NCBI GenBank assembly: GCA_963783375.1
Contig: CAWANH010000028.1
Coordinates: 128,001-192,000 of the forward strand
Source of the DNA: Candidatus Eiseniibacteriota bacterium
Lineage (GTDB): Bacteria > Eisenbacteria > RBG-16-71-46 > JABDJR01
Direction: 5' to 3'
DNA length: 64,000 nt
Under the pieces are notes generated by a model that worked only from the letters and a program-made list of their open reading frames with translations, made no database searches and was not told the origin of the DNA. The position numbers were made by a program, and so were the translations under genes. This document shows positions 20,966 through 28,793 of the stretch, one piece after another (position 1 is the first letter of the stretch; each line of letters opens with the position of its first letter).

Positions 20966-21367
20966 TCAGTCCACGATCAGGAGCGAGTTGAAACCGCCGT
21001 ACCCGTCGTCCACCCGCTGGGGGTTGTTGGGATCTTCCTTCCAGTTCTGCTCGTCGATGACGAATTTGTACTGGTACCGCCCGGGGGGCAGCTTCTCACA
21101 TCGCTCCCAGATGCCGTCTCCGTCCGGATCCTCCATGCGGCCGACCAGGTAGCTCCCGGTCTGGGCCTGTCCCTTGAGCCAGTCGTTCTCTGGCCAGTTC
21201 CCCGCAAGCTGGACCACCCGGGCCGACGGCGCCTCGAACCGGAAGAGTACGCACCCGCTCGCCTGCCGGGTGGGCGGTGGAAGCCGACGCTTGATGAAGT
21301 TGAGGCCGCAGCCGCTCAGCCCCACCCCTACCGTCACCATCAACAGGACGAGGATCGACTTGCGCAT
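20966..21367 (-). CDS. small lipoprotein with CBM48/AMPK-beta-like glycogen-binding domain
   Basis: Lipobox LSGC; VQLAGNW..LPPGRYQYKFVID..WKEDPNNP..DDGYGGFNS; start ATG 21367. Confidence 0.85.
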   Translation of the reverse strand: MRKSILVLLMVTVGVGLSGCGLNFIKRRLPPPTRQASGCVLFRFEAPSARVVQLAGNWPENDWLKGQAQTGSYLVGRMEDPDGDGIWERCEKLPPGRYQYKFVIDEQNWKEDPNNPQRVDDGYGGFNSLLIVD

Positions 21368-21384
21368 TGACCGGAGCCTTTCCG

Positions 21385-23586
21385 TCAAAACCGAAGGATG
21401 GCCTCGAGCTGGACCACCCGCTCGTCTTCCAGCGCCTGCTCGGCGGCGCGAATGGTGTCCGTCATGTTCAGGAACTGGCTCTTGGCCGCGTCGCCGTTGG
21501 CGCCCCGGCCGAACAGGAACACGTCTCTCCCGATGTGGGAGTACTCGTTGGTGACCCCGTCGATCACCCACGGATCCACCCCCCAGGAGAGCCCCACCTG
21601 GAGGTCGGGAGTGAAATGGTACTTCAGCTCCACGAAGTGGGAGGTGAAGGTGTCGTGAAGGTTCAGGACCGGATCATCGTACCGGGCCAGGCGGGTGTCG
21701 GTGTTGAGACCCAGCCGCCGGGTGAGATCCAGGTGGAAGGTGAGGTGGTTCCCGAAGTACTTGGGCTTCCGGCCGAGGGAGGTGGAGTTGAGGGTCCCCC
21801 GATAGCCCAGCTTGGCGTTCCGCGGCCGGTAGAAGGTCCACGATCCGTAGGGCTTCCACGAGACCACGTTGTTGCCCCCGAGCATGATCAGCCGGTCCAC
21901 CGTGACCAGGTGCTCCCCCGATTCCAGCCAGAAGTTCTGGTCGTCGAACCAGAACTGATCGGTCCACCGCGTCCTGTCCCCGTAGGTGAAGTCGTAGTAG
22001 GTGAGGTCGAGGCCCAGCTCCCACGGCCAGTCCTTCCACTCTCCCCCGTCGAAGCGGAGGCCGCCGTCCCACACCTGCATCCGGTTGTACCGGGACACCG
22101 GTTCTCCGGAACGGTCCACCAGGTCCTCGTCCTGGAATTCGAAGGATCCGGTCCAATGCCAGCCGCGGTAGGCGTAGTACTCGCCGCCCAGCTTGAACCG
22201 CCGGCTGGTGTCGAGCCGCTCGGTGGTCCGGTCCGCCGACCCCACCGTCTCGACCGAACGATCGAAGGTGGCCTCGGACGGGTTCAGGTTGTGGTAGGTG
22301 TAGAGGTTTCGATCCCCCTGGCCGGTGGCGATCCAGTTCTCCCCGACCAGGAACTCCCCGTAGAGATCGATTCCCGCCGGGTCATTGGCGTACTGGAGGT
22401 CAAGCCCTCCCGCCTGCCAGCTCTCGATGCTGCGGGCGTAGACATCCGCGGTGAGGGTGGTGTCCCCCGTCGAGGCCAGCGTCCGGTTCCGCACCTTCAC
22501 GTACGCCCCCGGGTTTTCTCCCCGGTCCAGGCGGTAGGAGATCCCGCCGGTGAGCCCGCCGACTCCCGGCACCGGACCCTTGAGCCGCATGCCGAGCACG
22601 TTCTTGGCGTTGTCGCTCCGGTTGATCGCGTAGGCGCTGGATCCCACCAGGGTGGTGTCCGGGTTCCGGGCCAGGGTCCGGGAGACCTCGTCGACCAGGG
22701 GGTCGGAGGAAGGCGAATCGACGCCCCCGGTATTGAAGTTGTCGGAGTAGAGGAGCTTTCCCTCATAGTTCCCGAACTGTCTCCAGGCCATCACTCCCTG
22801 TTGCTCGTATCCCCACGAGTAGTGGTAGATGCCGTAGTCGCCCACAAGATGCAGGGGGTCGTCGAAGGTCCCCACCGAGTCGTTATCGAACGCGATGAGG
22901 TTGATGTCGTCGTTCTGGAGCAGCAGATTCCCGCGGTCGAAGTTGAGGCTGGTCTGCCAGAGCTGGACGTTCTCGTGCTGGTTGTTGATGTTGGTGAGGA
23001 CGTGGGCGGTGAGGTCCTCGTTCACCCGGATGTCCCAGCTGAGATCGATGTCGAAGTTCGGACGGTCGAGGCTCCATTCCGGGTTGGCGCCCCGGGTCCG
23101 CTGGTTCTGCATCAGCACCACGTAGCGCGAGCCGAGATAGATCTTGGGGGAGAGCTCCGTATTGGAGGTGGCCTGCATCCGGACCACCTTGCCGTCGGAG
23201 CCCACCTTCACCACCGAGTTCCCGTAGTCTCCCGCGGTCACCGGGTTCCCGGGATCGGCGATCCACTGGTCGTCCACCACGAACTTGTACTGGTGTTCGC
23301 CGGGTCCGAGCGGCACCGTCGCCGTCCACTCGCCGTTCGCGTCCTTCTTCATGGGGTTGGCCGTGGCGTTCCAGCCGTTGAAGTCCCCCGCCACCGTTAC
23401 CGAACCGGCGTAGGGGGCCTTGTAGCTGAAGAGAACGCCCCCCCCGGGGGCGGAGGCCACGTCCGCCTCGGCCCGGACGCCCGCGACGGCGGAGACCAGG
23501 ATCAGGATCGCCGCGAGCCGCGGGAGGACCGGCCGGTTCCCCCGGAAACGAAGCCTCGGGACGAAATGCTTGAGGTTCGGTGCCAT
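21385..23586 (-). CDS. CBM48 domain fused to a predicted outer-membrane beta-barrel
   Basis: Signal peptide; VTVAGDFNGWN..LGPGEHQYKFVVD..WIADPGNP; then ~600 aa of amphipathic aromatic beta-strands ending VQLEAILRF (terminal Phe). Confidence 0.72.
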   Translation of the reverse strand: MAPNLKHFVPRLRFRGNRPVLPRLAAILILVSAVAGVRAEADVASAPGGGVLFSYKAPYAGSVTVAGDFNGWNATANPMKKDANGEWTATVPLGPGEHQYKFVVDDQWIADPGNPVTAGDYGNSVVKVGSDGKVVRMQATSNTELSPKIYLGSRYVVLMQNQRTRGANPEWSLDRPNFDIDLSWDIRVNEDLTAHVLTNINNQHENVQLWQTSLNFDRGNLLLQNDDINLIAFDNDSVGTFDDPLHLVGDYGIYHYSWGYEQQGVMAWRQFGNYEGKLLYSDNFNTGGVDSPSSDPLVDEVSRTLARNPDTTLVGSSAYAINRSDNAKNVLGMRLKGPVPGVGGLTGGISYRLDRGENPGAYVKVRNRTLASTGDTTLTADVYARSIESWQAGGLDLQYANDPAGIDLYGEFLVGENWIATGQGDRNLYTYHNLNPSEATFDRSVETVGSADRTTERLDTSRRFKLGGEYYAYRGWHWTGSFEFQDEDLVDRSGEPVSRYNRMQVWDGGLRFDGGEWKDWPWELGLDLTYYDFTYGDRTRWTDQFWFDDQNFWLESGEHLVTVDRLIMLGGNNVVSWKPYGSWTFYRPRNAKLGYRGTLNSTSLGRKPKYFGNHLTFHLDLTRRLGLNTDTRLARYDDPVLNLHDTFTSHFVELKYHFTPDLQVGLSWGVDPWVIDGVTNEYSHIGRDVFLFGRGANGDAAKSQFLNMTDTIRAAEQALEDERVVQLEAILRF

Positions 23587-25136
23587 CAGAAGGTCCCCTT
23601 CACGGTGAGCCGGACCAGGTCCTTGTTGTCCGCGCTTCCCTCCAGATTCCCCTCGAAGACCGGGTTGCTCCCCGCGCCGATCCAGAACGGGCCGTAGGCC
23701 AGGAAGAGCTCCAGGTTGTGCCGGGGGCGGTACTGGAGCTCGCTGAAGAGCCCCTTTCGCACCCGGGCGGGGTCGTTGCCGAAGGTGAAGCGGTTGTAGA
23801 CCTTCAACGTACTGGAAATGTTGACCGAGGTCTCGAAGGAGCCCAGCTCCTTCTGGAAGAGCGTGCTCAGATCCCGAATCCGGAACTGAAGGCGGAGCCA
23901 GGCCAGCCGGTTTTCCACCGTCATCTCCCCGAACACGTCGTCGTTGTCGGTCACCTGCTCGAGGGTCTCGTTGGCGTCGATGAGCCAGTCCCGGGTGGTG
24001 CGCTTCCGGTAGAAGAACTTGCCGGTGAACCCGTTCACGAACTCCACGTAGGCCTCGGAGTAGAACTCGGTGACGTGGCGGTTCTGGTTGACGCGCTTGG
24101 TGTAGGAGAGAAAGTTGTTGGTGAGGGTGATCGCGCGCCCCGGCACCAGGTACCAGGTGTTCAGGTAGTAGCCGGATTCGTCGTTGTTGCCGTCCCCGAG
24201 CTGGTTCCGGTACTGCGGGCCCAGGTACCAGAAGCTGGGGGCGAGGTTCAGGTACCCGGTCCGGTAGTTCCCCACCCGGATCGAGCGGATCTCCCCCCGG
24301 ATCGCCGCGTCGGCGGGGAGGCCGGTGGAGGGGTTGTTGAGACGGAGCTTGGAGAGCCGGAGGTCGTAGCCGGGGTACGGAATGCCGGCGGTGATCTGGC
24401 GCCCTTCCGCGTACTCCAGCGAGATGTCCACCCCGCCCAGGGTGTAGCGCAAATCGGTGCCCAGGACCTCGGTGTCGACCTTCTCCGCCCCGGCCCGGCG
24501 GGTGTTCTTCCGGTTCCAGGTGAGCCCGGTGCGGAGCTTCCCCCCCATGAACTCGCGGCGGAGCCGTCCCACGTAGGCGTCGTCGGTCGGGACCGGGTTA
24601 TCGGGCTGGGATCCGGTGGAGGGATTGCTCTGGGACGAGAAGTCCGAGGCGATCAGGGTGAGGTTGGTGGGCCCGGCGAACCAGGTGTCCACCCGGGCCC
24701 CCTGGGCGTTCCCGCCGTCGTTGGCCGGCCCCCCCTGAACGATCTGGATGAGGTGGTTGTCCACCCAGAAGCGGTCCTGCCGGCTGAAGAGATAGGCGTC
24801 GTACCCCTTCCCCTCCAGATCCTTCCGGAAGTGGAGATGGCCCTCGCGAAACTGGAGGACGGGACGCGGGGTGTTGTTGCTTCCGGTGTTCCACTCCGCC
24901 TCGAACTTGGTGAAGGCCTCGACCCCCGAGAAGGGCTGGCTGAAGAGGCGGAACGAGGTCAGGTTGACCGTATCGTCGTTGTTGCTGTCGAAGTCCCACT
25001 CGTAGCGGCGGTCCTGCTTGCGGACGTCGACCAGGAAGGTGTACTCCCCCTCCAGCCGGGTGAAGGCGGAGGCGGGGACCGCGGCTCCCAGGAGGGCGGC
25101 CGCGAGGAGGACGCGGAACAGCGCGGGACGGTTCAC
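23586..25136 (-). CDS. predicted outer-membrane beta-barrel of unknown family
   Basis: Signal peptide ending ASA; alternating strands rich in F/Y/W; ends VRLTVKGTF; translationally coupled on both sides. Confidence 0.7.
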   Translation of the reverse strand: MNRPALFRVLLAAALLGAAVPASAFTRLEGEYTFLVDVRKQDRRYEWDFDSNNDDTVNLTSFRLFSQPFSGVEAFTKFEAEWNTGSNNTPRPVLQFREGHLHFRKDLEGKGYDAYLFSRQDRFWVDNHLIQIVQGGPANDGGNAQGARVDTWFAGPTNLTLIASDFSSQSNPSTGSQPDNPVPTDDAYVGRLRREFMGGKLRTGLTWNRKNTRRAGAEKVDTEVLGTDLRYTLGGVDISLEYAEGRQITAGIPYPGYDLRLSKLRLNNPSTGLPADAAIRGEIRSIRVGNYRTGYLNLAPSFWYLGPQYRNQLGDGNNDESGYYLNTWYLVPGRAITLTNNFLSYTKRVNQNRHVTEFYSEAYVEFVNGFTGKFFYRKRTTRDWLIDANETLEQVTDNDDVFGEMTVENRLAWLRLQFRIRDLSTLFQKELGSFETSVNISSTLKVYNRFTFGNDPARVRKGLFSELQYRPRHNLELFLAYGPFWIGAGSNPVFEGNLEGSADNKDLVRLTVKGTF

Positions 25137-26053
25137 GGCTTCCTCCCCTTCTCGGGCAGGGTGAACCGGAGGGAGGCGCGATAGGTGTTCCCCAGCGCCT
25201 TGTGGGTGAGGAAGGCGGTGTCCACCTCCCAGCTCTTCCCCTTGATCCCGATTCCCCCCGAGAACTCGGTGTCGAAGACTCCAGCCCGGACCGCGAAGAC
25301 GTCGTAGAACCAGATCTCACCCGCGTAGTTGTAGGCGACGTGATCGCCGAGGTCGGAGCGGCTGAACATGATCTGGGACTCCGGGCGCCACCGGTAGGCG
25401 GCGGAAAGCTCCAGACCGGAGGGCATGGGCGTACCCGGTCCTTCTCCCACGAAATCGAACGCCGGACTCCCGAGGTGGCGGAGGACGGCGGCGAGGCGGA
25501 CCCGGGACCGTTCCTGCCAGAGAACCCCCAGGTCGCCGGTGAGCTTGGTCCGGGAGCCGAAGTCCCGGCCGGGCTCCCCGGTTATCCGGTTGTAGTTGGC
25601 CTGGGGATCGTAGGAGACGATGGCCGTCTCGATCGTTCCTCCCACCTGGACCGACCGCCGGTCGTCCCGGTAGACCCATCGCCCGTAGGAGAGGCCGATG
25701 AGGTCTTCGGAGACCACCCCCTCGAGGCTCATCCGGTGCCAGGTCAGCGCGGCCGCTCCCTCGGTGAAGTGGAGCGGCAGGCCGCCCACCACGGAACTCC
25801 CGGCGAGCCCGCCCACCATGTAGGGCCGCGAATAGGTGAAAAGCACCTGGGGACGTTCCAGGAAAGATAGACCGGCCGGGTTCCAGTAGGCGGCGGAGAC
25901 GTCCTCCGCCGCGGCCTGGTAGGCCCCGGCCAGGGCCAGCCCCCGGGCCCCGATCTCGATCCGCTCGAAATAGGCGGCGGCCGGGGACGCGACGACGAGA
26001 ACCGCCGCCGCGGCCGCGACGATCGAGGCCACGACGGCCCCCCCGCGCCTCAT
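25133..26053 (-). CDS. PorV/PorQ-like (FadL-superfamily) outer-membrane barrel
   Basis: IGARGLALAGAYQAAAEDVSAAYWNPAGL signature; start ATG 26053. Confidence 0.82.
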   Translation of the reverse strand: MRRGGAVVASIVAAAAAVLVVASPAAAYFERIEIGARGLALAGAYQAAAEDVSAAYWNPAGLSFLERPQVLFTYSRPYMVGGLAGSSVVGGLPLHFTEGAAALTWHRMSLEGVVSEDLIGLSYGRWVYRDDRRSVQVGGTIETAIVSYDPQANYNRITGEPGRDFGSRTKLTGDLGVLWQERSRVRLAAVLRHLGSPAFDFVGEGPGTPMPSGLELSAAYRWRPESQIMFSRSDLGDHVAYNYAGEIWFYDVFAVRAGVFDTEFSGGIGIKGKSWEVDTAFLTHKALGNTYRASLRFTLPEKGRKP

Positions 26054-27408
26054 CGCACCACCGCCACGGCCTGGCGGACCTCGTCCTGCCCGGGCTCGAG
26101 CACCACCCGGAGCACGTAGATCCCCCCGCTCAAGACGTTGCCCCGGTCGTCCCGGCCGTCGATCATGTTCTGGAGCGGAGGCGTCTCCCCCTCCAGCTCC
26201 GCGATCTTGAACTGGCGATTGCGGTAGATGGTCCGCACCCGCTCGCCGGTGAGGCTGTACAGCTCCGCGGTGACGGTGAGGTTCCGGGCCAGGGCGAGAC
26301 GTGGGTCGGTGATGTCGGGCTTGAGGCGAAAGCTGAAGCCGGCCTTGTCGCCCAGCCGGGGGGCGATGGCCCGGGGGGTGACCTGGAGATCGGTGAGCTG
26401 GAGGGCCTGCCCCAGGACCGGAGGGGGAACGAAGAAGACGGCGTCGGCGATCTTCCGGTATTCCTCCAGGGTCATGTCCGGGGTGGTGGGATACCGCACC
26501 GGGACCCCGAAGTCGGGTACGCCGTCGGGGATCGGCTGGCCGAGGGCGTTCACGCTGTCCACCACCACCCGGGCGAAGTTGTCCAGCACCACCGGGACCG
26601 CGGAGTCCACCTGCATCCCGCTGAGATTGTCGGGGGCGGCGTCCGGGCCGCCGAGACCGTCGGACCCGGTGGTGATCCAGGCCACCAGCTTGAAGTCGTG
26701 CACCCCTTCGGGGAGATGGTAGACGGTGTCGCCGTAGGCGGGATCGAACTCCCGCGTTCCCTGTCCCAGCATGAAGACGTTCCAGGGGATGGCCGCTTCC
26801 ATGGCCCGCCCCGGAAGGTCCCGGCTGAAGGTGGCCACGGTGGGAAAGCTCCCCTCGGGGACCTGGGCGTCCTGGTTGGGTCCGGTGTACTGCCAGATCT
26901 GGGGGGTGGTGTTGTTGTCCCAGCTGGCCAGGAAGAGATCGGGCGCGAGAACGATCCCCCTCGCCGTATCCAGGGTCTCCGGGAAGGAGACCGCCCGCTT
27001 CCAACCTCCCACGATGGAGGAGAAGTTCGTCCACCCGGCGCTCTGCCCGTCGGGGGACGGCAGGGTGTCGAAGAAGATCATGGTGTTATTGTCGAAGATG
27101 TAGCCGTCGACGGCGACGTAGACGTACTTCGCGTCCCAGGTCACCCGGACGTTGTTCACGTCGTTGAACTTCCCCCACTTGGAGTCGATGGTGCTCTCCT
27201 CCAGGCCGCCGCCGGGAAGGGGCTGGAAGATCGTCTCGTCGTCGGTGTAGTCGGAGGTGAACCCATCGATCACGATCCGGCCGGAGAGATCCAAGGCGGT
27301 CTCGGCCCGGGCGGCGGGAGTCCAAAGGGGAACGAGGGAACCGGCGGCCAGGAGCAGCAGGCCGGTGCCCCAGACCAGGAATCGAGGCGTCGCGGGGTAG
27401 AGCTTCAA
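26050..27408 (-). CDS. secreted DOMON/CBM9-like protein with divergent FlgD-Ig/T9SS-like C-terminal domain
   Basis: Signal peptide ending ARA; IDG..VRVTWDAKYVYVAV..EAAIPW; tail ELYSLTGERVRTI..DGRDDRGNVLSGGIYVLRV..QAVAVVR. Confidence 0.72.
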   Translation of the reverse strand: MKLYPATPRFLVWGTGLLLLAAGSLVPLWTPAARAETALDLSGRIVIDGFTSDYTDDETIFQPLPGGGLEESTIDSKWGKFNDVNNVRVTWDAKYVYVAVDGYIFDNNTMIFFDTLPSPDGQSAGWTNFSSIVGGWKRAVSFPETLDTARGIVLAPDLFLASWDNNTTPQIWQYTGPNQDAQVPEGSFPTVATFSRDLPGRAMEAAIPWNVFMLGQGTREFDPAYGDTVYHLPEGVHDFKLVAWITTGSDGLGGPDAAPDNLSGMQVDSAVPVVLDNFARVVVDSVNALGQPIPDGVPDFGVPVRYPTTPDMTLEEYRKIADAVFFVPPPVLGQALQLTDLQVTPRAIAPRLGDKAGFSFRLKPDITDPRLALARNLTVTAELYSLTGERVRTIYRNRQFKIAELEGETPPLQNMIDGRDDRGNVLSGGIYVLRVVLEPGQDEVRQAVAVVR

Positions 27409-27471
27409 AGTCGTGCCCAGTCCTTCGGGTTACCGTCGAATCACCGGAAGCGGGGGCTTCAAACGGGCTGG

Positions 27472-27485
27472 TTGGACCGCTCCAA
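27472..27485. promoter_or_regulatory. LacI-family operator 3 (over the predicted TSS of the 10-gene operon)
   Basis: TTGGACCGCTCCAA (13/14 match). Confidence 0.82.
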
Positions 27486-27514
27486 AAACTAGTGGAGACC
27501 CCCTTCCCTGTCAA
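27486..27514 (-). promoter_or_regulatory. sigma70-type promoter of the 27408-15316 operon
   Basis: Minus strand TTGACA-17 bp-TAGTTT directly abutting operator 3. Confidence 0.68.
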
Positions 27515-27538
27515 CCCACTTCGTTGGGGGACCGAGGC

Positions 27539-28579
27539 TTAGCTTTGTCCCACCGGGGGCGGGCCGCTGGATTCCCGGATCACCAGCCGGGTGGGCACCA
27601 TGCGCACCTCCGGGGCCAGGGATTTCCGCTCGATGGCCTCCAGAAGGAGCTCGGTGGCCATCCGCCCGATGTCGTAGATGGGCTGGGAGATCGTGGTGAG
27701 GCGCGGGCGGATGTAGGTGGTGAGCCGGATGCCGTCCGCCCCCACCACGGTCAGGTCCTCGGGTACGCGGAGCCCCAGTTCCTCCTGGGCCACCCTGAGC
27801 GCCCCGATGGCCATGGTGTCGTTGGCAGCCATGAGGGCGGTGGGACGCGGATTTCGGGCCAGGAGGAGCCGGGCCACCTCGGCCCCGCTCTCCTCGGAGA
27901 AGTTTCCCCACAGCCGGAGTCCCTCGTCGAAGGGGATCCCCGCCGCGTCGAGGCCCTCCCGGAACCCCCGGCTCCGGTCCTCCCCCACCGTGGTGTTCTC
28001 GAGGCCGCCGATGAACCCGATGCGGCGATGACCCACCTCCACCAGGTGGGCCACCATCTCCCGGGCTCCGGTGCGGTTGTCCGCCACCACCGAGGCCGCC
28101 CCCTCCATCCGGGAGTTCACGAGAACGATCGGGGCGTGGGCCCGGACCAGCTCACGCGCGAACTCGTCCTCGGTGAGGGTTCCCACCAGGAGCATCCCGT
28201 CGACCCCTCCTTCCCGGAAGAGCTTCATGTGGTGGCCGTTCTCCAGGAAGCGTTCGTCCACGATCTCGATGAGCAGGCGGTAGCCGGCTTCGGAGAGGGC
28301 GCTGGCGATGCCGCTTATCGCCTCGGAGAAATAGAAGTCGGCGAAGACGTGGGAACCGGTGCGGGGAAGGAGCACCGCCGCCGCGTTGGCCCGCCGCCGG
28401 GCCAGCCCCCGGGCCAGGGAACTCGGCTCGTAGCCCGCCTTCTCTATCACCTCGATCACCCGCGCCTTGGTCTCGGCGGAAATGCGGGGATCGTCGTTGA
28501 TGACCAGGGACACCGTCGACCGCGAGACGCCGGCGAGCCGGGCGATGTCGCGGATGGTGGGCTTCACGTAGGGCTGCAC
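27539..28579 (-). CDS. LacI-family transcriptional regulator
   Basis: PTIRDIARLAGVSRSTVSLVIN HTH, ARGL hinge, PRLTTISQP; GTG start at 28579 after AAAGGGA. Confidence 0.95.
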   Translation of the reverse strand: MQPYVKPTIRDIARLAGVSRSTVSLVINDDPRISAETKARVIEVIEKAGYEPSSLARGLARRRANAAAVLLPRTGSHVFADFYFSEAISGIASALSEAGYRLLIEIVDERFLENGHHMKLFREGGVDGMLLVGTLTEDEFARELVRAHAPIVLVNSRMEGAASVVADNRTGAREMVAHLVEVGHRRIGFIGGLENTTVGEDRSRGFREGLDAAGIPFDEGLRLWGNFSEESGAEVARLLLARNPRPTALMAANDTMAIGALRVAQEELGLRVPEDLTVVGADGIRLTTYIRPRLTTISQPIYDIGRMATELLLEAIERKSLAPEVRMVPTRLVIRESSGPPPVGQS

Positions 28580-28644
28580 GGTGGGTCCCTTTCTGGGTGT
28601 CGGATCCCGAAGCGCGCCGTTCATTATAGTCGAAACGGGCCGGA

Positions 28645-28658
28645 TTGGACCGGTCCAA
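28645..28658. promoter_or_regulatory. LacI-family operator 4 (autoregulation)
   Basis: Perfect TTGGACCGGTCCAA, at the -35 position relative to a minus-strand TATAAT at 28623-28628. Confidence 0.85.
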
Positions 28659-28793
28659 GCCGCCGGGGACCGCCATGGGCAACCCGTTGGCGTATAACGC
28701 GATCGGCGGGTCCGGTGGTCTCCCCTCCGGGGAGGGGGGCCGGGGCAGGGCCGGCGGGACCCTTCAGGGAACGGAGGGACGGCGCCGGAAGGC

